Assembly: GCA_046302715.1 (NCBI GenBank) | Contig: JBKCHQ010000200.1 | Location: forward strand, 46 to 64,045 | Direction of reading: 5' to 3' | DNA length: 64,000 nucleotides | From: Bacteroidia bacterium | GTDB taxonomy: Bacteria > Bacteroidota > Bacteroidia > M30B66 | Translations under genes and position numbers: made by a program | The notes under the pieces: model-generated | Seen by the model: only the letters and a program-made list of their open reading frames with translations | What the model was told of the DNA's origin: nothing | The model's database searches: none | In this document: positions 40,724 to 51,475 of the stretch, one piece after another | Layout of the letters: every line of letters starts with the position of its first letter | Numbering within the stretch: the stretch's first letter is position 1

Positions 40724-42058
40724 ATGTTTGAAAATTTAAGTGAGAAATTTGATAGGGCCTTTAAAGTATTAAAAGGACAAGGGAAGATTACCGAAATTAA
40801 CGTTGCTGAAACCGTAAAGGAAATTCGAAAGGCATTGCTCGATGCCGACGTCAACTATAAAATCGCCAAAGAATTCACCGATCGGGTTAAAGAACAAGCC
40901 TTGGGCGCCAATGTGCTTAATGCGGTTTCGCCCGGACAGTTATTGGTAAAAATTACCCATGATGAGCTCAGCGAGCTTATGGGCGGTGCTCAATCCGAAA
41001 TTAATCTTAACGGATCACCCGCCGTAATATTGATCGCCGGTTTACAGGGTAGCGGAAAAACCACGTTCTCGGGCAAGCTTGCCAATTACCTTAAACAGAA
41101 AAAAGGCCGAAAAGTGCTTTTGGTTGCGGGCGACGTTTACCGTCCCGCTGCTATTAATCAGATTAAAGTTCTTGGAGAGCAAACCGGAGTGGAGGTATTT
41201 GCCGATGAGGAAAGTAAGAATCCCGTTCACATTGCGCAACGCGCCATTGAGCATGCCAAAACCAGCGGTAAAAATGTAGTTATCATCGATACTGCCGGCC
41301 GTTTGGCGGTTGATGAAGAGATGATGAACGAAATTGCAGCGGTTAAAAGTGCAGTGGCGCCGCAGGAAACGTTATTTGTAGTGGATTCGATGACGGGCCA
41401 AGATGCAGTAAATACAGCAAAAGCCTTTAACGACCGTATTAACTACGATGGCGTGGTACTTACCAAGCTCGATGGCGATACGCGTGGTGGTGCGGCGCTT
41501 ACCATTCGCTCGGTAGTGAACAAGCCCATTAAGTTTGTGGGAACCGGCGAAAAAATGGAGGCCCTCGATGTTTTTTATCCAAACCGAATGGCCGATCGGA
41601 TTTTGGGCATGGGCGATATTGTTTCACTCGTTGAGCGGGCTCAGGAAAACTTCGATGAGGAGCAAGCTCGAAAGCTTCAAAAGAAAATTGCTAAAAACAC
41701 CTTCTCGCTTCTCGATTTTTACGAGCAAATCCAACAAATCAAGAAAATGGGTAACATCAAAGATTTGGTGGGTATGATTCCTGGTGCCGCAAAAGCACTA
41801 AAAGATACCGAGGTGAGCGATGACGCTTTCAAAGGCATTGAAGCCATGATTATGTCAATGACACCTGCCGAGCGTGAAGACCCATCTATAATAAATGGCA
41901 GCCGCCGCCTTCGTATAGCTAAAGGCAGCGGCACCAATGTGCAGGAAGTAAATAAACTGCTCAAGCAATTTGAAGAAACCCGAAAGGTGATGCGCATGAT
42001 GAATAATCCTTCGGCGATGGCTTCAATGATGCGTAACATGCCCCAAATGCGACGCTAA
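40724..42058 (+). CDS. ffh: Signal recognition particle protein Ffh
   Basis: N domain, GTPase (GLQGSGKTT, DTAGR, TKLDGD) and Met-rich M domain (AMASMMRNMPQM). Confidence 0.9.
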   Translation: MFENLSEKFDRAFKVLKGQGKITEINVAETVKEIRKALLDADVNYKIAKEFTDRVKEQALGANVLNAVSPGQLLVKITHDELSELMGGAQSEINLNGSPAVILIAGLQGSGKTTFSGKLANYLKQKKGRKVLLVAGDVYRPAAINQIKVLGEQTGVEVFADEESKNPVHIAQRAIEHAKTSGKNVVIIDTAGRLAVDEEMMNEIAAVKSAVAPQETLFVVDSMTGQDAVNTAKAFNDRINYDGVVLTKLDGDTRGGAALTIRSVVNKPIKFVGTGEKMEALDVFYPNRMADRILGMGDIVSLVERAQENFDEEQARKLQKKIAKNTFSLLDFYEQIQQIKKMGNIKDLVGMIPGAAKALKDTEVSDDAFKGIEAMIMSMTPAEREDPSIINGSRRLRIAKGSGTNVQEVNKLLKQFEETRKVMRMMNNPSAMASMMRNMPQMRR

Positions 42059-42061
42059 ATC

Positions 42062-42943
42062 ATGCAAATTCTCGATGGAAAAGCGTGTGCAAGCGCATAT
42101 AAAACAGAAATAGCGCAAGTTGTTTCGGCTGCGGTAGCACGAGGAACTCGAAAGCCACATTTGGCGGCTATCCTCGTGGGGAACGACGGTGCCAGTGAAA
42201 CCTACATCGCATCAAAGGTAAAGACCTGTGCTGAGCTAGGCTACGATTCTACCTTATTACGATTTGCGGCAAAGGTTTCTCAGGAGGAGCTTATTAATGC
42301 CATTCAAAATTTTAACGAAGATGCAACGGTTGATGGAATTTTGGTTCAGCTTCCTTTACCTGATCACATTAACAGCCATGATGTAACCTTAGCTATTAAG
42401 TCCGAAAAAGATGTGGATGGTTTTCATCCCGAAAGTTTGGGGCGTATGATGTTGGGATTGCCGGGCTTCATTCCTGCAACGCCTAAAGGAATAATTATGC
42501 TGTTGCAACATTACGGCATTCGTACGTCGGGTATGCACGCCGTAGTAATTGGACGAAGCCACATTGTAGGAAGTCCTATGAGCGTTCTTCTCGGCCGCAA
42601 TACCGAACCCGGAAACTGCACCGTAAGTTTATGCCATAGTAAGACAAGGAATTTGGAACATTTTACACGCACTGCCGATATTGTAGTGGCCGCCTTGGGA
42701 AAGCCTGAGTTTTTAAAAGGAAATATGGTCAAAGATGGGGCTATCGTAATTGATGTAGGTATAACCCGTATTGTTGACGCACATCATCCTAAGGGCTACC
42801 GAATTGTAGGCGATGCCGATTTTAACTCGGTAGCTCCTAAATGCAGTTGGATAACGCCCGTACCTGGCGGTGTTGGAGCCATGACGATTGCAGCATTAAT
42901 GCAAAATACTCTCGAAGCGTGGAAAAGGAATATAGGGCATTAG
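42062..42943 (+). CDS. folD: Bifunctional 5,10-methylene-THF dehydrogenase/cyclohydrolase
   Basis: Conserved FolD motifs (DGILVQLPLP, GRSHIVG, TPVPGGVGAMT). Confidence 0.9.
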   Translation: MQILDGKACASAYKTEIAQVVSAAVARGTRKPHLAAILVGNDGASETYIASKVKTCAELGYDSTLLRFAAKVSQEELINAIQNFNEDATVDGILVQLPLPDHINSHDVTLAIKSEKDVDGFHPESLGRMMLGLPGFIPATPKGIIMLLQHYGIRTSGMHAVVIGRSHIVGSPMSVLLGRNTEPGNCTVSLCHSKTRNLEHFTRTADIVVAALGKPEFLKGNMVKDGAIVIDVGITRIVDAHHPKGYRIVGDADFNSVAPKCSWITPVPGGVGAMTIAALMQNTLEAWKRNIGH

Positions 42944-43002
42944 ACACGACACTTTCGGCCGAACAGCGAGAAGCCTTATTGAGCGGTTCGCTCTTACCTG
43001 TG

Positions 43003-43584
43003 ATGGAAGAATTCTACACGCTTCAAGGGGAAGGATTCAATACCGGGCTTGCGGCATATTTTATCCGATTGGGGGGCTGCGATGTGGGATGTCATTGGTG
43101 TGATGTAAAAGAATCATGGAATCCCCAAATACATCCACTTCAAACGGTAGAAGAAATTAGTGTGCGCGCTGCTAATATGTCTGCAAAAGCTGTAGTAATA
43201 ACAGGAGGTGAACCTTTGCTTTATAATTTGGAGCCATTAACTCGTAGACTAAAAGAATTTGGCATAAGCATTTTTTTGGAGACTTCCGGAGCCTACATGC
43301 TCGATGGAACTATTGATTGGATTTGTATTTCTCCAAAGAAATTTAAGGCGCCACTTCAGGGGATGCTCGACTTGGCTCACGAACTTAAGGTGATTGTTTT
43401 TAATAGAAGTGATTTGGATTGGGCCGAACAGTTCAGGGCTAAAGTGAATAGTGAGTGCAAATTATACCTGCAGCCCGAATGGAGTAAGGCCGAAAAAAAT
43501 ATGCCTTGGATTATCGATTACATAAAGGAAAATCCGGTTTGGCGCATTTCGCTTCAGGCTCACAAATACATGCATATTCCTTGA
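43003..43584 (+). CDS. queE: 7-carboxy-7-deazaguanine synthase (radical SAM, QueE-like)
   Basis: Start set at MEEFYTLQGEGFNTG. Cluster motif CDVGCHWCD. The 194-aa length is typical of QueE. The longer ORF from 42841 overlaps folD in another frame. Confidence 0.7.
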   Translation: MEEFYTLQGEGFNTGLAAYFIRLGGCDVGCHWCDVKESWNPQIHPLQTVEEISVRAANMSAKAVVITGGEPLLYNLEPLTRRLKEFGISIFLETSGAYMLDGTIDWICISPKKFKAPLQGMLDLAHELKVIVFNRSDLDWAEQFRAKVNSECKLYLQPEWSKAEKNMPWIIDYIKENPVWRISLQAHKYMHIP

Positions 43585-43590
43585 TTTACG

Positions 43591-45537
43591 ATGCTGCTCT
43601 CTGTTGTTATTGTAAATTATAATGTTTCATATTTTCTTGAACAATGCCTCAAATCGGTATTCAAGGCATTGGAAGGCATCAATGCCGAAGTGTTTGTTGT
43701 AGATAACCACTCCGTTGATGAGTCGGTACGCATGGTGAAGGAAAAATTTCCTTTGGTAAATCTTATCGAAAACAAAGACAATGTAGGATTCTCAAAAGCC
43801 AATAACCAGGCAATAGCATTAGCGAGTGGGCGCTACGTATTACTTTTGAACCCCGATACCGTTGTTGAGGAAGATACCTTTAGCACCTGCATCACATTTA
43901 TGGATTCGCACCCCGAAGCAGGTGCCTGTGGAGTAAAATTAATTGATGGGCAAGGCAATTTTCTGCCTGAATCAAAAAGAGGCCTGCCAACACCTGCAGT
44001 GGCATTTTATAAAATATTTGGCTTAAGCCGCTTGTTTCCCAAATCGACAACATTTGGGAAGTATCATTTAGGGTATCTCGATGCAGAAGGTACGCACAGT
44101 ATAGATGTGCTTTCGGGCGCATTTATGTTTATACGTAAGGATGCGCTGGAAAAATCGGGCTATCTCGATGAAGATTTTTTTATGTATGGTGAAGATATTG
44201 ACCTTAGTTATCGCATTACACAGGCGGGTTACAAAATTTATTATCATCCTAAAACCCGTGTTATTCATTATCGTGGCGAGAGCACAAAAAAGTCATCCAT
44301 AAATTATGTATTCATATTTTATCAGGCGATGGTCATTTTTGCCCGAAAGCATTTTTCGCCAAACAGGGCTCAGGTTTTTGCATTTTTAATTCAAATAGCG
44401 GTTTGGGCAAGGGCTGCCCTATCAATAATTAAGCGTGTTTTATTGCGCATTGCTCTACCGTGTCTCGACGCGCTTACATTTTTTGGAGGTACGGCACTGC
44501 TTAAAATCTATTGGGCTCAAAAAAGTGGAATTTATTATCCCTATATTTTTTTATGGGTTGTGGTTCCTTTATATGCAATTATTTGGATAGGTGGTGTTTG
44601 GATACAAGGCGGATATGATAAGCCCTATCGATGGCTTAATGGTGTAAAAGGTATTTTTTGGGGCACCTTATTAATTTTGGTGATATATGCGTTGTTACCT
44701 GAATATTATAGGTTTTCAAGATTTCTAACCCTGGTGGGTGCGGCTTGGGCATGTTTGGGGCTGATATTAATTCGCACCTTGATTCATTTGGTGTTTTACC
44801 GAAAAATTGCCAGTGGTCAAATTTTAGGCAAAAGAATTTTGGTAATTGGTAAACTAGACGAAGCCAACAAGATTTTAAATATTATCCATTATTCCTCAGA
44901 AAAACCTGCCTATACAGGGATAGTTTATCCGGGGAAAATCGAAAATTTGCCTTATGGATATACTTCAGATACCAGCAGGTTAAACGACTTAGTGGATATC
45001 TTTAAAATTAACGAGTTAATTTTTTGTGCTCAATCTATGGGTTCGGGCGAGATTATGGATTACATGATACTGCTTAATAAGCCAGATATAACGTATAAAA
45101 TTGCACCGCCAGAGAGCTTGTTCATTATTGGAACAAACTCTATTCAAAAAGATGGGGATTATTTGGTTGGACTTAATGCCATATCTCGCAGCGAAAACAA
45201 ACGTAAAAAACGATTACTTGATATTCTAACCTCCATTTTTTTTCTTGGTTTATCGCCCTTACTAGTGGTGTTTTTTAGATCAACTTATTTTATGAAATCG
45301 GCCCTTAATTGTCTTGCAGGAAAAAAAACCTGGGTTGGTTATTCCGGAAAAAATGCCAGCGCGCACTTGCCTTATTTGCCTGATGGTGTTTTATCTAATA
45401 CGTCTCCTTTTGATGCCAAGAACTTAGATGATGAAGTTAAGCTACAGGCCGATATTTTATACGCAAAAGACTATAAAATTATTAACGATATACGAATTAT
45501 AGCTAATTCTTTTAGCGTCTTAAAGCGTAAGAATTAA
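43591..45537 (+). CDS. Family 2 glycosyltransferase fused to a multi-TM region with a degenerate sugar-transferase-like tail
   Basis: GT2 N-domain (LSVVIVNYNVSYFLEQCL...DNHSVDES...). Central polytopic region. The C-terminus has KRLLDIL(TM) and an IIND tail reminiscent of polyprenyl-phosphate sugar transferases, but without the catalytic core. Confidence 0.6.
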   Translation: MLLSVVIVNYNVSYFLEQCLKSVFKALEGINAEVFVVDNHSVDESVRMVKEKFPLVNLIENKDNVGFSKANNQAIALASGRYVLLLNPDTVVEEDTFSTCITFMDSHPEAGACGVKLIDGQGNFLPESKRGLPTPAVAFYKIFGLSRLFPKSTTFGKYHLGYLDAEGTHSIDVLSGAFMFIRKDALEKSGYLDEDFFMYGEDIDLSYRITQAGYKIYYHPKTRVIHYRGESTKKSSINYVFIFYQAMVIFARKHFSPNRAQVFAFLIQIAVWARAALSIIKRVLLRIALPCLDALTFFGGTALLKIYWAQKSGIYYPYIFLWVVVPLYAIIWIGGVWIQGGYDKPYRWLNGVKGIFWGTLLILVIYALLPEYYRFSRFLTLVGAAWACLGLILIRTLIHLVFYRKIASGQILGKRILVIGKLDEANKILNIIHYSSEKPAYTGIVYPGKIENLPYGYTSDTSRLNDLVDIFKINELIFCAQSMGSGEIMDYMILLNKPDITYKIAPPESLFIIGTNSIQKDGDYLVGLNAISRSENKRKKRLLDILTSIFFLGLSPLLVVFFRSTYFMKSALNCLAGKKTWVGYSGKNASAHLPYLPDGVLSNTSPFDAKNLDDEVKLQADILYAKDYKIINDIRIIANSFSVLKRKN

Positions 45538-45676
45538 TGCCTTATATGTTTTTTGTGTGGCTTTTTAGAGTTATTTTTGCGGCGAAATTGAAACCTTTTA
45601 CTTAAACTATAGTATTAATCAAGGCTCTAAAAATTGAGGAATAATTTTCTTAATAATGGAACTATCCCTAAGCGAA

Positions 45677-48600
45677 ATGAAAAATTTTAAAGCATCGATT
45701 TTATCGGTATTTCTCGTGTTTTTTCTTGGAATAAACACCTATGCACAAATCGATCAGGAGTTTTGGTTTGCACCACCCGATTTAACTCAAGGTACACAAG
45801 GAGAAATTAACGGTGGCGCTTTCAGAGACCGGCCCATAAGAGTGGTTGTTTCGACCCTTACCGATCCGGCGCAAGTTACCATTTTGCAGCCGGCCAATCT
45901 TATTGGGTTTACACCAATTGTTGTCAATCTAGCCGCAAATTCAACACAAACGGTTAACCTTACTTCTTTTATTAATCAAATTGAAACCAAAGAGGTAGAT
46001 TCGGTAATGAATACTGGTATTTTGGTTCGTTCAACCGCTCCTATTACCGCTTATTATGAGTTGGGTGCGGCCAACAATAAAGATATTATTGCATTGAAGG
46101 GTAAAAATGGCAACGGAACATTGTTTTACACGCCATTTCAAACCTTTTGGGAAAATGCCCGCACACTTGGTGGTTCTCCATACATTCCGCAGCCCAAATC
46201 CGGTTTTGCTATTGTAGCTACTAAAGACACTACAACCGTTACAATAACTCCATCTATTGATATTACAAATCATCTTGCAGGGGTGCCATTTACCATTCAG
46301 TTAAATCGTGGGCAAACCTACTACTGCGAAGCATTGGATTATTTAGGAGCTTCGAAACCGGGTGGAACTAAAATTGAGTCCGATAAACCCGTAGCGGTAA
46401 CCGTTAAGGACGACATGATTGACCTGAATCCACCCCCGCTTGGCGATGAGGGCGGTGCCGATTTAGCCGCCGATCAACTTATTTCGGTGGAGAATTGTGG
46501 CTTTAAACACATAGTGGTGCGGGGCGACCTGGCCAACGGTCTCGACAAAGTAATTGTTTGCGCTACCGAAGATACTACTGAAATATTTGCGGATGGGAAT
46601 CCTGTGGCAGTTGATACGCTCAATGCAGGTCAGCAATATGTTTATTCGTTTACTGCAGCGGCAGGATTTATCCGCGGTAGCAAGCCCATTTATGTGTTGC
46701 ATATTTCAGGCGTTGGCGACCAAATTGCCGGTGCGGTAGTTCCTTCGCTTGAATGTACAGGTTCTAATCAGGTTGGGTTTAACCGCCTGGGGAATGCCAA
46801 TTTTAAACTTAATGTTACCATTAAGGCTGGTAGCGAAGGCAATTTCCTGCTCAATGGGAATCCCAATATCATTACAGCTGCCGATTTTCAGCCTGTTCCT
46901 GGAACAAACGGCGAATGGGTTTACATGAGAAAATCCTTTACAACAACCGAAATTCCCGTTAATCAAGGAACTTTGCTTCAAAATTTTAGTGAGGAACTAT
47001 TTCACATGGGGCTTACCTATCAAGCAGGAGCGAGTTGTAATTACGGATACTTCACAAACTTCTCGTATTTAGAGTTAGGTATCAGTCGAGAACTTTGCTT
47101 GGGCGATTCTGCAGTTTTGGACGCAGGGCCAGGTAAGACATCTTACTTGTGGAGTACCGGCGATACCACACAAAAAATTATTGTATTCGATCCAGGTACC
47201 TATTACGTGGAGGTATTGAGTGGAAATGAATGTTTTGCAACCGATACCATAACCGTTACGAATTATCAGCCACCGGTTACCATTCAAGCTGCCAGAGATA
47301 CCATTTGTGAGGGAACACAACTACTTCTTACGGTACCGGGTTCATACTTGTTTGAATGGCAGGATGGCACAACACAGCCATTTTATATTGTGGGCGACTC
47401 AGGAATATATTACGTTGAAGTAACCGATTTTCAAGGGTGCAGGGCTCGAGATTCCATACAAATTTGGACTTCGCCACGTCCCGAATCCCCATTAGCCAGC
47501 ATCGATCCCTTTGGCCCCGATGTTTCTTCCGACACCCTTTGTTCGGGCGAATCTATTTTGCTTGAACTTAACGATGTAACCGATGTGGATGGATACCGTT
47601 GGCTGGGGCCGGGCAATACGCTTTATTTCGGGCAAACGCTTGGTTTTGCCAACGCTACAGTAAATCAGACAGGTACATATTTAGGCTTTAGCATAAAAGA
47701 CGGTTGCGAATCGTTTCCAGATACCGTTGAGATCACGGTTAATCCAACTCCCGAAGCCTATATTGGTTTAGCCGATACAGTATGTAATGTTTCATCCATT
47801 ACCATGGATCCTGGTGCGGGCGATAATCTTACATACACCTGGCAAGACGGGTCAAACAATCAAACATATACAGCAACTATTGGAGGCTTGTATTGGGTAG
47901 AGGTGGCTAATCAATTCAATTGCTCTTCACGAGATTCTGTTGATTTGGTGTTTTCGGCAAGTCCGCCCACTCCTGTTCTTAGTACCAATGGCCAGGATCT
48001 TGAAAACTTAAATACATGCACAGGCAATAATTTACAGCTTCAGGTTGATGCAACTGGAGGATCTGAATATTACTGGATTGTTAATGGTGATACCACTAGC
48101 GGTGATTTTCCTTCAACATTATTTGAAAATTTAGCTACCCAGCAAACGGGCATGTACTATGCTTTTTATGTGGACAATGGTTGTCCTTCATTCTTAGATT
48201 CGGTTAACGTAACGGTGAATCTCTCGCCCGAATTTGACTTTGGTTTTGAAGATTCTACCATTTGTGAAGGCACAAACCTAACATTGGATGCTTCTACAAG
48301 CTTAGATGTAGAATATGTTTGGCAGGATAATAGCACCAATTCGCAGTATTCTGTAAACGAAACGGGCCTATATTGGGTTGAACTCGAAACCCCAGAGGGA
48401 TGTTCGGTAAGCGATTCGGTTCAGATTAATGTATTCCCATTTCCTCAGACTCCTGAAATATCAGGCGACTTCACGCTATGTGGCGACGATTCGCTGGTGT
48501 TGAATGGTAATAATGAGCCAGGCGTTTCTTATAATTGGGTCACCCCTTCAGGTCAGGTTTCGGGCAACAGTCTCGCATTGGCTGATCCTATTGCAGGTAC

Positions 48601-49372
48601 ATATTTCTTGACAGCTACCATCGACCGTTGTGTAAGTCCGGTGATTGATTCGGTTATTGTACAATTATTTGCATTGCCTCAATTTGATTTAGGTCCTGAT
48701 CAGTCGCTTTGTAATGGTAATTCATTAGTGCTTCAGGGGCCCGCCAACATGAGCACCTACTTATGGAGTACCAGCGATACTGCTCAATCTATTACTGCTT
48801 CGGCCGGTAGCTACTTTTTGTCGGTGACCGATGCCAATGGCTGTAGCTTCGAGGATGCTATTATCCTTAGCCTCTCAGGCCCGCAGGCCAATTTTAACTC
48901 CGATCCCGAAGGCGGTGCTCAAACAGGGGTAAATGTTCAATTTACCGATGTATCTACAGGTAATCCTGTGGCATGGTTATGGAATTTTGGTGATAACAAT
49001 AATGCTTCAAGTCAGAATGCCGCTCATACTTTTAATACGGAAGGCGAACTCAACATAAGCCTCATCGTAACTGATGTTGCGGGTTGCAGCGATACGCTTT
49101 CGAGGGTGTTTGTAGTGTCAAATTCTTTAAAAATCCCTAATTCTTTTACCCCAAATGGAGATGGGTTTAACGACTTTTTCGTCATCTCGGGCTTGGCGGC
49201 TTTCCCCAATTCCAGTTTGCAAATATTTAATCGTTGGGGAACAGAAATTTATCAGTCTGCTGATTATCAAAATAATTGGGATGGCACAACTAATCCCGAA
49301 GGCGTTTATTTCTACGTGTTAAAAACAAATGAAAAAGCGTATTCGGGCGATGTAACGCTAAAAAGAGAGTAG
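45677..49372 (+). CDS. Large secreted protein with repeated ~60-aa Cys-containing Ig-like modules, a PKD domain and T9SS type B C-terminal domain
   Basis: Start at MKNFKASILSVFLVFFLGINTYAQ. Recurrent motif C.G....L.......Y.W..G.T....V...G.Y.V. PKD segment (NVQFTDVSTGNPVAWLWNFGD). C terminus matches type B CTD (IPNSFTPNGDGFNDFFVI...EGVYFYVL). Confidence 0.7.
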   Translation: MKNFKASILSVFLVFFLGINTYAQIDQEFWFAPPDLTQGTQGEINGGAFRDRPIRVVVSTLTDPAQVTILQPANLIGFTPIVVNLAANSTQTVNLTSFINQIETKEVDSVMNTGILVRSTAPITAYYELGAANNKDIIALKGKNGNGTLFYTPFQTFWENARTLGGSPYIPQPKSGFAIVATKDTTTVTITPSIDITNHLAGVPFTIQLNRGQTYYCEALDYLGASKPGGTKIESDKPVAVTVKDDMIDLNPPPLGDEGGADLAADQLISVENCGFKHIVVRGDLANGLDKVIVCATEDTTEIFADGNPVAVDTLNAGQQYVYSFTAAAGFIRGSKPIYVLHISGVGDQIAGAVVPSLECTGSNQVGFNRLGNANFKLNVTIKAGSEGNFLLNGNPNIITAADFQPVPGTNGEWVYMRKSFTTTEIPVNQGTLLQNFSEELFHMGLTYQAGASCNYGYFTNFSYLELGISRELCLGDSAVLDAGPGKTSYLWSTGDTTQKIIVFDPGTYYVEVLSGNECFATDTITVTNYQPPVTIQAARDTICEGTQLLLTVPGSYLFEWQDGTTQPFYIVGDSGIYYVEVTDFQGCRARDSIQIWTSPRPESPLASIDPFGPDVSSDTLCSGESILLELNDVTDVDGYRWLGPGNTLYFGQTLGFANATVNQTGTYLGFSIKDGCESFPDTVEITVNPTPEAYIGLADTVCNVSSITMDPGAGDNLTYTWQDGSNNQTYTATIGGLYWVEVANQFNCSSRDSVDLVFSASPPTPVLSTNGQDLENLNTCTGNNLQLQVDATGGSEYYWIVNGDTTSGDFPSTLFENLATQQTGMYYAFYVDNGCPSFLDSVNVTVNLSPEFDFGFEDSTICEGTNLTLDASTSLDVEYVWQDNSTNSQYSVNETGLYWVELETPEGCSVSDSVQINVFPFPQTPEISGDFTLCGDDSLVLNGNNEPGVSYNWVTPSGQVSGNSLALADPIAGTYFLTATIDRCVSPVIDSVIVQLFALPQFDLGPDQSLCNGNSLVLQGPANMSTYLWSTSDTAQSITASAGSYFLSVTDANGCSFEDAIILSLSGPQANFNSDPEGGAQTGVNVQFTDVSTGNPVAWLWNFGDNNNASSQNAAHTFNTEGELNISLIVTDVAGCSDTLSRVFVVSNSLKIPNSFTPNGDGFNDFFVISGLAAFPNSSLQIFNRWGTEIYQSADYQNNWDGTTNPEGVYFYVLKTNEKAYSGDVTLKRE

Positions 49373-49398
49373 CACACAAAAGACTGTTTAATTCCATA

Positions 49399-49431
49399 GG
49401 CAGAATTCTTCGCGATTCTGCCTTTTTCTTT
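49399..49431. terminator. Rho-independent terminator after the large T9SS cargo gene
   Basis: GGCAGAAT-tcttcgcg-ATTCTGCC followed by TTTTTCTTT. Confidence 0.5.
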
Positions 49432-49537
49432 ATTGGGTATGTTGTTCAAAAAAAATTGCGCCAATATTATTTGGAAAAAAAGTGATTTAGCGATAAAAGA
49501 CGGTAATATTCAGTATAATTGATGCGTTAAGAATGAT

Positions 49538-51475
49538 ATGGCCAGACTTCAAAGTATTGTAACTTCGATATTTCTCTTCCTTTCATTAAGTCTGGGAGCC
49601 CAGCCCGAACTGAGTTCGAAAAATAAACGAGCGGTGCGCTTGTTTAAAGACGGGCTTGAAAAATATCAATTTAAAAACAATACCGAGGCGTATGATTTAC
49701 TTAAATCGGCCATCAGGGAGGATGCTTCTTTCTACGAGGCACAATTAACGTTTGCAGATGTTTGTCTTGATTTAACGTATTACGATGAGGCCATTAAGGC
49801 TTACTCCGCTGCCGATTTGATTAAGAAAGATAAATATCCTCCCATGTATCTAAGATGGGCTCAAGCCGAGATTGCTCAAATGAAATTTGACGCTGCCGCG
49901 GCTCATCTCGAGTACTTTTTGGCGCTGCCAAAACCATCTAACGAGAATCGAAAAAAGGCAACACGGTTGTTAAAGAGCGCCCGTTTTTCTGCCACTGCCA
50001 TGCTTCATCCGGTGCCTTTCGATCCCACCAATTTGGGAGCGGGTATCAATGGGCCATATAGCGATTATCACCCTTCCATCACCGTTGATGGAAGTGAACT
50101 TATATTTACCCGTCTGCGTCCTTCCGACGAGCAAACCAATAATGGAGGCTCAAAATTTGAGGAAGATTTTTATGTGTCTAAAATGAGCCCCGAAGGCTGG
50201 ACGCCGGCCAAAAGTATTGGTTCGCCACTTAATTCGCACGGCAATGAAGGTGCACACTGCCTCTCTCCCGATGGTCGCATGATTTTTTTTACTGCATGCG
50301 AGCGTCCCGATGGTTTTGGAAGCTGCGATATTTATGTGTCGCAGCGTAATGGCTCTAACTGGGTTAAACCTATTAATTTGGGTGAACTGGTTAACAGTGC
50401 TACCTGGGATGCACAACCAACCATTTCTCCGGATGGAAGGGAACTTATTTTTGTAAGCCGTCGCACGGGTACTAAAGGTATGGGCGATTTATGGTCGTCG
50501 AAACTCCAGAATGACGGAACTTGGGGTTTGGCCGTTAATTTGGGAGATTCCATAAATACCGATCAGGATGAGTCGGGCCCCTTTCTGCATCCAGATGGTC
50601 AAACGCTTTATTTTTCATCGGCCGGCTTACCTGGTTTAGGTAGTAGAGATTTTTTTATGTGTAAGCGACAGTCGGATGGCAATTGGGGGGCACCTGTTAA
50701 CCTGGGGTATCCGGTAAACACGCCTTCCGACGAATCGCATATGATTGTTAGTGCCGATGGTAAACGCGGATTTTTCAGTTCTGATCGGCCGGGAGGCTTG
50801 GGTCAGAAAGATATTTACTCCTTCGTATTACCTGAGCAGGCCCAAGCTAGAGCTACCACCTATATGCGTGGTAAGGTAAGACATAAGACAAGCGGTGCCC
50901 CCGTAAGCGCTCGTTTTGAGGTAATTGACATTGCATCCGGCCGTTTGATGGCCTCTAGTATAAGCGATCCCGTAACAGGCGCTTTTCTAATTAGTTTACC
51001 GGCCGGAGCTTCTTATGCGGTTAATGCACGCGCTTCGGGCTTTTTGTTCTTTTCTGAAAATTTCACACTAGACGCTCAGCTTAATGCCGATGAGGTATTT
51101 GAGGCGGTTATTGATATGGTGCCAATTGCCACAGGAGAACGTATCGTGCTGAAGAATATTTTTTTCGAGAGCGGTTCGGCTACTCTTGACAGCAAGAGCG
51201 AAACCGAACTCAATACCTTATTTGAGTTTTTGTCTAATAACGCAACGCTTAAAATTGAAATTGGCGGACATACCGATAATGTTGGGGTAGATGAAGCCAA
51301 TCTTAAATTGTCTGAAGATAGAGCTCTTGCCGTAAAGAACTTCTTGGTTGAAAAGGGGATCCAGTCAACACGAATCAATGCTAAAGGGTATGGCGAAACG
51401 GTACCTGTTGCTCCCAACACCGACGAGGCGGGTCGAAAACAGAATCGCCGAACAGAATTTGTCGTAATTAAATGA
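49538..51475 (+). CDS. OmpA-family outer membrane protein (TPR + TolB/PD40-like beta-propeller + OmpA C-terminal domain)
   Basis: Signal peptide. PD40-like repeats (SP.G..L.F.S.R). C-terminal OmpA peptidoglycan-binding motif (NQNRRTEFVV). Confidence 0.75.
   Translation: MARLQSIVTSIFLFLSLSLGAQPELSSKNKRAVRLFKDGLEKYQFKNNTEAYDLLKSAIREDASFYEAQLTFADVCLDLTYYDEAIKAYSAADLIKKDKYPPMYLRWAQAEIAQMKFDAAAAHLEYFLALPKPSNENRKKATRLLKSARFSATAMLHPVPFDPTNLGAGINGPYSDYHPSITVDGSELIFTRLRPSDEQTNNGGSKFEEDFYVSKMSPEGWTPAKSIGSPLNSHGNEGAHCLSPDGRMIFFTACERPDGFGSCDIYVSQRNGSNWVKPINLGELVNSATWDAQPTISPDGRELIFVSRRTGTKGMGDLWSSKLQNDGTWGLAVNLGDSINTDQDESGPFLHPDGQTLYFSSAGLPGLGSRDFFMCKRQSDGNWGAPVNLGYPVNTPSDESHMIVSADGKRGFFSSDRPGGLGQKDIYSFVLPEQAQARATTYMRGKVRHKTSGAPVSARFEVIDIASGRLMASSISDPVTGAFLISLPAGASYAVNARASGFLFFSENFTLDAQLNADEVFEAVIDMVPIATGERIVLKNIFFESGSATLDSKSETELNTLFEFLSNNATLKIEIGGHTDNVGVDEANLKLSEDRALAVKNFLVEKGIQSTRINAKGYGETVPVAPNTDEAGRKQNRRTEFVVIK

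Noticed and set aside
42841-43002. Upstream extension of the queE ORF overlapping folD in a different frame
   Set aside because: The extension has no conserved sequence and overlaps the folD 3' end by ~100 nt. The internal Met at 43003 gives a typical ~194-aa QueE beginning just before the radical-SAM cysteine cluster.
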